Shown here: piece after piece, positions 10,701 to 19,600 of the stretch
Layout: the number at the start of each line of letters is the position of its first letter
How positions within the stretch are numbered: the stretch's first letter is position 1
Virus record (IMG/VR): IMGVR_UViG_3300017917_003607
Span: 32,001 to 96,000 of that record
Direction: 5' to 3' (one strand)
DNA length: 64,000 bases
Origin: a virus
Position numbers and translations under genes: made by a program
Notes under the pieces: model-generated
What the model was told of the DNA's origin: nothing
Databases searched by the model: none
The model's input: only the letters and a program-made list of their open reading frames with translations

Positions 10701-12411
10701 TTGGGTATATGTTTAAATTATATGTACTGTTAAGAACTGAAAATGGATTTTTTCTTATGTTCCCATCCACTTTTTGTAATTTATTCATGTCCAAATATGG
10801 AATATCTTTTGCAAAAACTCTACCATATTCTTCTCCTTTAAAAGTACCGTTGTTATCTATGTATCTAACAACACGAGAACCTTTAGTTATTTCTTTATAT
10901 CCGTCATTGAACACTTTGGATACTTGGTCAATTGCATTTCCAACATGTTGTAATCTTTTTCCTCCATTTGGGGGTTGGGATTGAATTATTCTTTGTGTGT
11001 CGTCTAAAATTGAACCTCTTTTAAGTGGGTAATTTACTGATTGACTACGGCTATACTGTGCGTTTATTTGTGGGAACGCATCGTCTTGACCAAATGTTTC
11101 ACCACCAGGTCCAGTCTTTTTACCTGCATTTCCTTTATATTTTGGTGATACCCATGTAAATCCACCCTGTACTCCACCACCTTCTATTGTTGGTATAGAG
11201 TTCAAACCAAATTCAAAATTTACGTCGTTTTCGTAAAGTTTACCTAAAACACTTGGACCATAAACATTTGTTTCTACTTCTACACCAAATTCATTTACAG
11301 GTATCTGACCTGAAGGTGAAACAATATCTAAAGGTTCTGAGGTACGGCTACCAATGTAATAGTTACCAGGGGGTGCTGTTAAATTAAGATTTCCTAAAAA
11401 ATTTCCTTTATAATCAGGTGCATATCTGTTTGCTCTTAAATTAGAAAATAGAGCTTTTCTCTGTCCTCCACTTGTAAAAGACAAGAAAACATCTGATGAG
11501 CTTTTTCTTTCAGGTAGTACTTTCGGAAACCCAAATAATCCCGCAACGGTGTTAATTACTTGATTTGTAACACTTTTATTTTGTACAGTTGAGAAGTAAT
11601 CTCCAGGTATAATTGAATATGGTGAGTATAATCCCGCAATTCTTGATATAAAATCTATACCTCTACCTATTAATGTTGACGGAACGGTAATCTTGTAGTC
11701 GGGTTCAATAAGTGAATCTCTACCTGTTGCAAGGTTTAGTATTCTATATGGGTCGCCATTTGTTTGTAAAACATTTGCCCTACCCAATGTTTGTTGGTAG
11801 GTCTCAAAAGCAATTGACTCTTGAAATAGTTTCTTAAGGCTTTTAGCACTTAGTTGTGCCAATGTAGAATCTTGAGATAATCTACCGTCACTACCTACAG
11901 GGTTAGGTGAAATTAAAACGTTAAATGGTGAATAAGATGATGGAATAAAATTAAAATATTCGTCCCTTATACTTGGCTGTCTTATGTTAACCTCTAAATT
12001 TGAAGAGCCATCTTCCCAACCATCTTGTGGACCATATTGGTTTGTTACTATTAATTCTTTTTGTTTTAAAGCACTTTCTACAAATTTTTTTGTTTGACCA
12101 TTAAACCACTGAAATTCTCCTTGGTTGGCGCTTTTTACCAAAAGTGGTAGAGTTATAAAATTTCTATATCCTCCTGTTGGTCCATACTGATTTACACCAT
12201 AAAGTCTTGTTTTTTCAGGTTTACCTGTATCAGCCAAATCTGGTTGATTTATTAATGGTACTTCACTAAAAATAAATTCCTTTGTACCTACTTGTGACTT
12301 AGGTATCAATTGAGTACTAGAATTTCTTACAAAGTAGGGCTCTAAATTCCTTACTAATAAATCTTTTCTAAGTTTTTCGGTTGCAGAAAAAGAAAGGTTA
12401 CTTATTGCCAT
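7705..12411 (-). CDS. large baseplate/tail-tube-initiator protein with tube-like domains
   Basis: 1568 aa; FPPYDLNFSDSSSTGWEKNTFLGRPEPIYTYQSTER and APPVCILRVGDFF...PMIVGVTINF are tube-initiator-type motifs; follows the tape measure gene. Confidence 0.65.
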   Translation of the reverse strand: MAISNLSFSATEKLRKDLLVRNLEPYFVRNSSTQLIPKSQVGTKEFIFSEVPLINQPDLADTGKPEKTRLYGVNQYGPTGGYRNFITLPLLVKSANQGEFQWFNGQTKKFVESALKQKELIVTNQYGPQDGWEDGSSNLEVNIRQPSIRDEYFNFIPSSYSPFNVLISPNPVGSDGRLSQDSTLAQLSAKSLKKLFQESIAFETYQQTLGRANVLQTNGDPYRILNLATGRDSLIEPDYKITVPSTLIGRGIDFISRIAGLYSPYSIIPGDYFSTVQNKSVTNQVINTVAGLFGFPKVLPERKSSSDVFLSFTSGGQRKALFSNLRANRYAPDYKGNFLGNLNLTAPPGNYYIGSRTSEPLDIVSPSGQIPVNEFGVEVETNVYGPSVLGKLYENDVNFEFGLNSIPTIEGGGVQGGFTWVSPKYKGNAGKKTGPGGETFGQDDAFPQINAQYSRSQSVNYPLKRGSILDDTQRIIQSQPPNGGKRLQHVGNAIDQVSKVFNDGYKEITKGSRVVRYIDNNGTFKGEEYGRVFAKDIPYLDMNKLQKVDGNIRKNPFSVLNSTYNLNIYPTSGPESTTLGGASVKKYMLSLENLAWRSSRRAGVTYNDLPESEKGPNGGRIMWFPPYDLNFSDSSSTGWEKNTFLGRPEPIYTYQSTERTGQISFKIVVDHPSIMNVLVNKVLTNPASNQVADQVLDSFFAGLTKFDIYELSKRYTNFSQTELAELQNLINNSGNREKIKDAVNSTLTPGGDGAGGSMTSNNSVGEQVYTPQLTKFKNSVFYFDENLPTAQSDYVSLTKSYINSNSYNNLINDTQKNEIAESTNVLTAFTQSITNLLESNNNVKIQIKIKGGSSYNEGQEVQENRSLCLKSTIKDLIKNNPKVTFVDELVGSTLETLTSPAYDCNTVNNSPYGTGPVACRRAVITDIIETPIPNLNNPNGGVTTSQPTRFDRILAAGRGLVSPTSTTQQGLTQEQISKKVIRKLLSEADYFQFVKETNPFVYDSLREKLKYFHPAFHSMTPEGLNERLTFLNQCVRPGDTIPTKKSDNTLVDKDARNTSFGAPPVCILRVGDFFHSKVVLDGVSFSYDDSKFDLNPEGIGVQPMIVGVTINFKFIGGQGLRGPIDELQNALSFNFYANTEMYDERATDSSTLSAYNKEFIEQTENTGENTVNTNSTLQNDAGTTIGSVQGAFENSGTTALLSYKPIFNEFVSSFESYVEGVQNKLKEVHDEYNDGILMLYTKSSNGAREYIDGKINKWEVGGSAKDVQIFGKSIYEGRITQLFDGLQKNIDENSLTILTAAQLNLSTNTFREQDFTIFKNNLTTLTREKKVNFPNKLNQITNDLSTLQLNMTKKIDKLNYVLQNTDGYVDTKGVAQIYDTSGSTVDGLRVDLLSFGDKINAFYASLNNPVYGETKNTAIISDNYNDDQSYQLPGSGFQSSPADKRFYLVFGKDIANDSDAFVESLIVKIDQKNKSSWEKFVKGEIEKIKKETLNEYKVMKKVFSDSKSQNAVKNFKPENIATMEKDKREVNITLKSGPTDQEIQRLKDLYTSQNSDPSTNTFNGKVTF

Positions 12412-12424
12412 ATTCTACTTTATG

Positions 12425-12432
12425 TATAAATA
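12425..12432 (-). promoter_or_regulatory. putative late promoter TATTTATA
   Basis: 13 nt upstream of the ATG at 12411. Confidence 0.6.
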
Positions 12433-12449
12433 GAATGAATGTGTTTTTT

Positions 12450-14042
12450 TTATCTTGTTGCGGTACCAGAAGAATAACCTCTTGCATTTAGTTGGTTAGA
12501 TACTTCAGTAACTATTGTTGTTTTAATTACATCAGCCAATTTTAAATCAATTCCTGTAACGTTTACATCTAATGAGCCTTTAACTATGTTGCTAGCGTCA
12601 CCTGTTTTACCTGCTAAAATTCTATCTACCGCAACACTAAACCCTTCTGTTATTGCGGTTGTATAGGTATCCATTTTACCTTCTGCGGAACCAAGTAATC
12701 CAGTAGTTCTGTTAGAAACAGCACCTACTAATTTTGTAAACTGTTCTGTAACTGAACCCGCAATTGTTTTTAAACTATCAAATGATTTTGATAAATCATC
12801 TTGTTTTAAAATTGATATTGTATATGCATTATTAAGTTTATTAGTTGCAAGTTGTAGTTGTTCGTTTGCAGACAAATTGTTTTGTATTGCATCGACATTC
12901 TTAGTTACTGAATTTTGAAGTCTTTCATCTTCTTTTGGTCTTAGTGTTTCTAACAATTTAGTAAAATTTGTTTCCTGTGTGACTTTTTGACCCTTTATTT
13001 CAACAACACCACCCTTAGTTATCTGAGCGTAATTGGCAATAAGTTCTTTATCCTCATCTTTTAGATTTTTAAATCCTGTTGGACTAAAATTTAATTCTTG
13101 TATTATTTTTTCTTGTTTTGCCAGTTTAAGAGCAGTTTCCTCAATTTTATCAACGTCTAAATTAAGATTCTTAAGTTGTTTTAATCTCAACCTTTCATTC
13201 GCACTTATTTGAAATTGTCCCGTTTCTTTATTAAATGTTGCAATACCTCTTGTTGCGTTTATAATTTGGTCTTGTAGACCTTTTAAGTCATTCTGAGCCA
13301 TATACAAGAGTTGAGCGCCATCACCTAATTGAGAAAATGAACCTCCTAAGGTTTGGAGTTGCGCAGCGTATTCGTAGGCTTTTTCGGGACTATCCATAAT
13401 TGAGTCGGCAAACCCTTGTGCAACACTTAAAGTGTCTCCTAAAATTTTTGATTTTGCAACCATAGACGCCAAATCATCAACACCTTTTGGGAATCCATAT
13501 TTGTTTAATTTGTCCATTTGAGACGCCACATCCTGAACAAATTTACCAGCGTTTAAACCATAGTCCTGAGCTGTTCTAACTAATTCTATAGTTTGTCCCA
13601 TTGCTTGGTCCATTCCTCCACCAACTTTATCAAAAAATTTAACAAATGTACTTATTGTTTCCTCTCCAACACCAAATTGTTTTACCGCTTGTACATTACT
13701 TAGAAAGTCAGATGAAAAATATGTTGTTCTTTCTAACGCCGAATTCATTTTTTCTAAAACAACAATTGCGTCTCCTAAATTACCACCCAAATAAACAGTA
13801 TTAATTGCTGCCTGTGCAATTTCTTTTTGAATACTTTTGGTATAATTTACACTTAAACCTAAAGTTCTATTTGTAACAATAAGTTTTTCTTCGAAAGCCG
13901 CTGCATTTTCAATACCCTTTTTCATTACTTTAGGTATTACACCATCAAGTTCACCTAAATCTTTAATTGCGGTTTTTATATTATCTAATTTTGATGTTGA
14001 AGTTGTTTCTGCTTGTTGTATACCTGTATCATTACTTGCCAT
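12450..14042 (-). CDS. tape measure protein (putative)
   Basis: 530 aa, Ala/Gln/Lys-rich and helical; canonical position after tube and chaperone, before baseplate genes. Confidence 0.7.
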   Translation of the reverse strand: MASNDTGIQQAETTSTSKLDNIKTAIKDLGELDGVIPKVMKKGIENAAAFEEKLIVTNRTLGLSVNYTKSIQKEIAQAAINTVYLGGNLGDAIVVLEKMNSALERTTYFSSDFLSNVQAVKQFGVGEETISTFVKFFDKVGGGMDQAMGQTIELVRTAQDYGLNAGKFVQDVASQMDKLNKYGFPKGVDDLASMVAKSKILGDTLSVAQGFADSIMDSPEKAYEYAAQLQTLGGSFSQLGDGAQLLYMAQNDLKGLQDQIINATRGIATFNKETGQFQISANERLRLKQLKNLNLDVDKIEETALKLAKQEKIIQELNFSPTGFKNLKDEDKELIANYAQITKGGVVEIKGQKVTQETNFTKLLETLRPKEDERLQNSVTKNVDAIQNNLSANEQLQLATNKLNNAYTISILKQDDLSKSFDSLKTIAGSVTEQFTKLVGAVSNRTTGLLGSAEGKMDTYTTAITEGFSVAVDRILAGKTGDASNIVKGSLDVNVTGIDLKLADVIKTTIVTEVSNQLNARGYSSGTATR

Positions 14043-14046
14043 AATT

Positions 14047-14054
14047 TATAAATA
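14047..14054 (-). promoter_or_regulatory. putative late promoter TATTTATA
   Basis: 4 nt upstream of the ATG at 14042. Confidence 0.65.
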
Positions 14055-14070
14055 TAAATCAAAGTTTTTT

Positions 14071-14223
14071 TTACTCTTCTTTGTTCCTATCATACTCCTC
14101 AATCATTTTACCCAAAAAATATTTTCTTTGATACGTAGGCATTGAATATAAATCCGAATATGTGAAGTTCGAATTTTTAACTAAAATATAAATTTCATCT
14201 AAAATTATTTTTCTATAGTCCAA
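14071..14223 (-). CDS. small ORF not in the track; likely the frameshift extension (T-like part) of the tail assembly chaperone
   Basis: +1 frame open 14259-14071: ...FALSLDYRKIILDEIYILVKNSNFTYSDLYSMPTYQRKYFLGKMIEEYDRNKEE*; only TTG codons or an internal ATG are available as independent starts. Confidence 0.7.
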   Translation of the reverse strand: MDYRKIILDEIYILVKNSNFTYSDLYSMPTYQRKYFLGKMIEEYDRNKEE

Positions 14224-14974
14224 AGAAAGGGCGAAAAAACTCAACCCCAAAGCCGATATTTACATCAACTTCTTCTCCTGACGGGGCTTTAACTTTTTTC
14301 TTTAGGTCTAAACTTGGTTCGGAGTCCAACAAAAATTTTCTAATGTGTTTTGAATCTTTTATTGGCATTTTTTGTACATACTGTGAAATAAACATTTTTT
14401 CAGAGTTACCATTAATTGATACAATTTGAGTTTCTAATTTTTTAGTCACTTTTGGTACCACCATATTTTTCGGATATTTATCCATTTCAGCGTCTATCGC
14501 ATTTTCTTCACCGTATGTTAAAAAACGCAATTTTACATTATCTCCACTAACGGGAAGTAATGTATCGATATGACCATTACTGTCAGGTACTATATTATTA
14601 TTTCTAATATTTAATTCACTCAAATCTAAAGTCAATTCAAACGGTTTCATAGTTCCTGGGTCAACAACACGAATTGTATAATCACTACCAAATGCGGTAT
14701 TCCTTAAAAACAATAAAACCGCCTCTACATCACCCGCTAACATTTCATCAATTTTAAATTCAGGTTCGTATATTTTAGACCTCAACAAAGTACTAATAAT
14801 CTGTGTAGGGTCCATATTGGGTGAGGTTAGAAGATTTTCATCTTGTGCGGTTAAGTAACCAACCTTAACACTTTTCTTTTTATTTTTGTAAAAAATTCCT
14901 TGTGAAGGTAATGGTACCACATCGTGTGGTAAATTAAAATCCATTTGTCCGTATTTGATTTCGTTGTTTTCCAT
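14213..14974 (-). CDS. tail assembly chaperone / gp26-like baseplate hub assembly protein
   Basis: 253 aa; VPLPSQG..Y and YLTAQDENLL motifs; lies between tube and tape measure genes. Confidence 0.7.
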   Translation of the reverse strand: MENNEIKYGQMDFNLPHDVVPLPSQGIFYKNKKKSVKVGYLTAQDENLLTSPNMDPTQIISTLLRSKIYEPEFKIDEMLAGDVEAVLLFLRNTAFGSDYTIRVVDPGTMKPFELTLDLSELNIRNNNIVPDSNGHIDTLLPVSGDNVKLRFLTYGEENAIDAEMDKYPKNMVVPKVTKKLETQIVSINGNSEKMFISQYVQKMPIKDSKHIRKFLLDSEPSLDLKKKVKAPSGEEVDVNIGFGVEFFRPFFGL

Positions 14975-14977
14975 AAT

Positions 14978-15004
14978 AAAAAAAGCCAGAGTGACTCTGG
15001 CTTT
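14978..15004 (-). terminator. intrinsic terminator after the tail tube gene
   Basis: Stem GCCAGAG-TCA-CTCTGGC followed by T7 on the minus strand, ending 3 nt before the chaperone ATG. Confidence 0.75.
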
Positions 15005-15036
15005 AAATATAAACTGACTTTATTTTTTTGTAAATA

Positions 15037-15525
15037 TTAGTATACAAGTATACATCTATCAGGTCTCATGGTGCAAGAGATTGTCTGTAATCCATCATCT
15101 GAATATGTTACCGCTTGGAAGTCCACGTCTGTTAAGAAACATCCTTGCATAATCCACTTTTCCACCGCAACACCTGTTGGGTCCAACATTTCTAATGTTA
15201 CGTCTTTTTTGTAACCAGCAGCATAACCCATACGTCCTGTAACTGATTCAGCGTGTAAACGAACCCATTCCATTAGAGCTTGAGCCGCTGATGGTCCGAT
15301 TGGGTCACGGAATGTAACGGAGATAGGTCCCCATTCGAAACTACCTGCAACATAAGTTTTTGTGTTTAGGAACGGAATGTCCTTAGATTGTATTGTAATT
15401 TTTGGTCTTGCAGTAGATTCTACATACCAAGAATTGATACCCAATGAAGAAGGAAACGTCAAAATAAATCGGTTTTTTTTCTTTGGTTCATACGGGTCGG
15501 GCATTTTCATTAATAAGTCAGCCAT
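15037..15525 (-). CDS. tail tube protein (T4 gp19-like)
   Basis: 162 aa; EPKKKNRF, W.PISVTFRDPI, WVRLHAESVTG, YKKDVTLEMLDPTG..VEKW motifs; downstream of the sheath gene. Confidence 0.9.
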   Translation of the reverse strand: MADLLMKMPDPYEPKKKNRFILTFPSSLGINSWYVESTARPKITIQSKDIPFLNTKTYVAGSFEWGPISVTFRDPIGPSAAQALMEWVRLHAESVTGRMGYAAGYKKDVTLEMLDPTGVAVEKWIMQGCFLTDVDFQAVTYSDDGLQTISCTMRPDRCILVY

Positions 15526-15564
15526 GTGTATATCTTTTTTTTAGTTTTTCTTGTTTATTTTTAT

Positions 15565-15572
15565 TATAAATA
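15565..15572 (-). promoter_or_regulatory. putative late promoter TATTTATA
   Basis: 39 nt upstream of the tube ATG, followed by an A-rich leader. Confidence 0.65.
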
Positions 15573-15639
15573 TTGACTACTTGGTTTTTTTTGTCATATA
15601 TTTCCTAGGCGTTCTAGTTTGTTATTTAAATCTAGTTTA

Positions 15640-16494
15640 TTAATATTTTATTTTAGTATTTGCTTTTGTTAAATAAGTTTGCACTGGGCTTTGTTTTCCA
15701 AATTCCTTATTTAAAAATTCTTTAACCTTTTCTATATTTTTTAAGTCGTCATCGGAAAACCCTATTTTTGGAATCACAAAATTATTGGTCACGTCATTTT
15801 TAAACAACACTTTACCCCCAATTTGTTGTGATAGTTGTTTTACATATCCGATAAATTCACGAAGTGCGTTTATTTTACCCTCTTCAGGATTTGCTTCAGC
15901 ACCTGTACCAAATGACACAGGATAAAACCTACACATATCCAAATAGTCCGAAATCATTGTGTCATCACCTTTCATCTCTTCACCAGCGATTTCTCTATAA
16001 TCTTTTAATGATTGAACTAATTTTTCTTGGTCAATACCTCCTATATCATTTTTGATTAAAATATAGACTGCTTGTTTAAGTGTGTTTGGGTTGTGTCCAC
16101 GAGCGGTGATGATTGAAAAAATCGACCCACCATTAATACACTCAACAAAATCGTCCCACGATGGACCGAAACTAGCTAATAATACGTCTTTTAAAAATTG
16201 TTGGTCACCACCCTCTCTGAAAAATCTAAAAGGACCTTCAGCATACCCGACAATATTTTTTCCATCATAGACAAATGGTTCTTTACCTAAAATGTGTCTA
16301 TACTCAGCAAAATCTTCAGTAGACAGACCAACCTCTGTACCGTTTTCATCTACTACCATTATTTTTGTTGGCATGTTCATTATGTTATCATCCCAATCAA
16401 ATGCATAGTATTTGTGGTCTGGTATTTTATTAGGGTCCAAACCTTCGTTTACTAAACTTAATAAATTTTGACGTACAATCTTGTGTAGAGACAT
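15640..16494 (-). CDS. HAD-superfamily phosphatase-like protein
   Basis: Motif I FDWDDNI, motif II ITARG, motif IV GFSDDD. Confidence 0.7.
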   Translation of the reverse strand: MSLHKIVRQNLLSLVNEGLDPNKIPDHKYYAFDWDDNIMNMPTKIMVVDENGTEVGLSTEDFAEYRHILGKEPFVYDGKNIVGYAEGPFRFFREGGDQQFLKDVLLASFGPSWDDFVECINGGSIFSIITARGHNPNTLKQAVYILIKNDIGGIDQEKLVQSLKDYREIAGEEMKGDDTMISDYLDMCRFYPVSFGTGAEANPEEGKINALREFIGYVKQLSQQIGGKVLFKNDVTNNFVIPKIGFSDDDLKNIEKVKEFLNKEFGKQSPVQTYLTKANTKIKY

Positions 16495-16637
16495 TATTTC
16501 TTTTTGGACAATTTAGCAATTATTCTTTCTAATTGTGATTCAGTTACAATAACCGACTGCGGTTTTTCAGAAAACGTTTTTAAACCACTTAATTTAACGT
16601 TCAAATTTTCGAGTAAAACTTTTTTTTCGAATTTCAT
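16494..16637 (-). CDS. 47 aa protein not in the track
   Basis: MKFEKKVLLENLNVKLSGLKTFSEKPQSVIVTESQLERIIAKLSKKK*; TAATG overlap with the next gene; A-rich upstream region. Confidence 0.75.
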   Translation of the reverse strand: MKFEKKVLLENLNVKLSGLKTFSEKPQSVIVTESQLERIIAKLSKKK

Positions 16638-16655
16638 GATATTTTTTTTTAATTT

Positions 16656-16678
16656 GGGGGTAGGAATGACCTACCCCC
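16656..16678. other. GC-rich 9-bp hairpin after the sheath gene
   Basis: GGGGGTAGG-AATGA-CCTACCCCC; no U-tract on the coding (minus) strand, so a stabiliser or processing stem fits better than a classical terminator. Confidence 0.65.
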
Positions 16679-16692
16679 GTTTATAATATGTA

Positions 16693-19600
16693 TTAGATAT
16701 TTTCAAAAGAAGCACCTGTTGGAGTAATTAAGAATTCAATATCTATAAATTCAAGTGCTTTAGTTGGTTTAAGGTAAATTTTACCTGTTAAAGTATTTCT
16801 GTCTAAGTCTTCAGGTGTATTTGTTACAACAACTCTAAAGTCAATCAAACCTCTATCTCTTCTTATTGAATCCAAAATTGGGTTAACAGAATCCAAGAAG
16901 TCCTGTCTAACTTTATCGTCGTTTTGTTCAAACAACAACCTTACAGCCACAGCCGAAATCAATTTACGAGCTTGTAACAACAATCTTCTTACGTTGATTC
17001 TATCAAGAGCTGATTGTGCAACTTGTGTTGTTTTATTACCCCAAATCAAAGTTCCCACATCAGAGAAAGTTGCAATTGGGTTAATTCTTCCTTGATAAAG
17101 TGTATCTCTATCATCTTGTGTAAGTTTTTTACGTGCTTTGATTGAACTTACGATACCTCTTGTGTAACCCGCAGATGCGAACCATGGGAAAGAAATATTA
17201 TCAGTTAACGCTAAGTTTTTACAAACCTCAGCAGTTGGAGGTAAATAAATCTGTGTATTGTTTACTGTATCTCTTGTTAATACCCAAGGATAATAAGTTG
17301 CGGTGTAATTTGAATCTATACCCGCAGTATCTAAGTTGTCTACCGCTTCTGTTGGGTAAATCAAATCAGTTGCTGGTGTTGTTGAGGTAGGTGCAAATAA
17401 ATCATAATCAGGACATGTCATGATGTATAATGAATCCGCTCTTTGAGATTCAATCATATCAATAGCATCTGCAACTAAATTAGAGTTATTAACAAAATCA
17501 ATACCTGGAGTAACAAAAACGTTGATATTTGTAGCTTCAGGATTTGCAAATGTTTCTTGTCCTAAAAGATATGCGTAATAGTCTGTGTTTGCCCAATCAG
17601 TTGCGTTGTTGTTTATTACTATTCTTTTGAATGCTCCCCAACCTGTCGCGTCAGGAAACTGAGATGAAGGTGCCGCTCCTTTTTTATAGTTACCACCACC
17701 TAAAACATAATCATCACCATTAGTTCTATATTTTCTGTAGATATCCCATCCGTCAAAACCACCATTTACAAATAGAGTAAATTTACGTGATTGTAATCTG
17801 TAGTAAGGGTCTGTAGAACTTGTTGGGTCAGAGGTAAAAGACGCAGCTCCAACCTCAAACGCCGAAGTTCCTGAAGTACTAAATGACGATGAAATAGTTA
17901 CAACTGTTGCCCCACTATCCATATGGAAACCTTTAGATTTGTAATCCCAAGGTGTTGAGGTTGTTGCCTCTGCAATATCACTAGGTGTTTGTTTACCCTT
18001 ATAGTCAAAAAACTCAGAGTCATAACCTATTGTATCTGAAAGACCTAAGAAAGTTCTATTTATTTTATCACCCGAACTTCTTTGTACTGAAGAAAATGGT
18101 GGTTGGAAAGTAATTTCACCAGCGGTAAAATATTTAGTTTTGTATGTTGGGAAAGGAGTTAAAGCTCCATTATAATTTCTCATTGAGTATCCTTCAAAAC
18201 CACAAGGTAGTGCGTCTACAGGTGCTTCAGGATTAATTTCCAACATTACAAACTTAGACCTCTGTTGATATTCGCCATCACTTGTTCCTATTTTTACACC
18301 CACAAAACTGTTTGAATTTGGGTTCATAGAACAATTTGTAAATTTCTCCAAATATACAGGGTTAGCGTCAGTGTCGTTGAAAGCTCTAATACCAACATCA
18401 AAAGTTCCGTTGTTAAATGATATGTTGAGTATTGATATTTTTATTTCTTGGTTTGCTGCGTTACCGTCAGATATTGAAATAAATTTAAATAATTGATAAA
18501 CTTTATTACCTCTCAATTCTGAAACCAAATAAGGTGTTTCAGGAGTTTGGTATTGTTCTAAGTACCAACCAATTGATGTAAGCGTTCCATTATCGTCTTG
18601 TGCAGAAGGTAAAGAGGTCAAGTTAGAACTTATACCTCTAATATAACCTTTCTTATAACCGTAGTTTAATAAATTACTAAATTCTTCTTCAACAAATAAA
18701 GGTACTTGTTCACTTGGTTTTGCAAAGTTTGAAAGACCTAAAACTCTAGAAATGTAATTACTATCTGTCGAGTCCATAGAAACTTTAAACTCAAATGAAG
18801 TTCCGTTATTTGAAACCCCTGATATGCCAAATGGTGAATAAGGACTAAAAGTCGCTGCTGAATATACGCTATTAAAATCTAAAGTAACATCACTTGTTCC
18901 CGATACAACCCAAACAGGATTTACCGAAGATGTGTATGTAGAAACACCTCTTGAGCGAAGTGTTGCAACTACCACATTATTATACTCAGTAAATGCAGTA
19001 CCGATTTGTGTGAAACCTGAAACAGAAACTGAACCTGAGAATTGTCCTGCGACACCATAAGTAGTTCCTGACAAAGTATTTACCCTTGAAATAAACGAGT
19101 AACCTGAATAAGCGTTTCCTGTTGTAGGTTTAAATTGTGCGTAATACCAAGCGTCGTTATCTCTACTACCATAAGTGGTCAAACTATCTTTAACACTTGG
19201 TACATTATATACGTTAGTAATTCCTGTCCATCCCGCACCTGTTAGGGCATCATATCTTGCATCTGGAACCGTACCGAAAACATATGCTGATGTACCACTT
19301 GTTGCAGGTGTTGCAAATACACCACTTAGTAAAGATTTTAATTTAGCCGAAATACTTGTTGAAGTACCATTATTTAAACTTAATACTCTATTCAAATCAG
19401 AATTAAATATTGCGGAAGAAGTTGAGCCAAGCTCAATTGTTGAGGTTCCGCCAGTTGTTCCTGTAAATGTTACGATTACTTCAGTGAGTGAAGAATTCTG
19501 AGAAACAGAACCACCACTTACGTTTGCTATTGTTTTGATTGACCAAGAAGGTCCCGCATCATAACCCGAAAGTCCTAATACTCTTGTAACAAACAATTGA

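Noticed and set aside
1283-10984. Many 60-176 aa plus-strand ORFs inside the large baseplate genes
   Set aside because: Fully antisense to long, motif-bearing genes; expected shadow ORFs in AT-rich DNA.
16504-16686. 60 aa plus-strand ORF
   Set aside because: The minus-strand 47 aa ORF (16494-16637) is co-directional with the operon and coupled by TAATG, so it is the better call.
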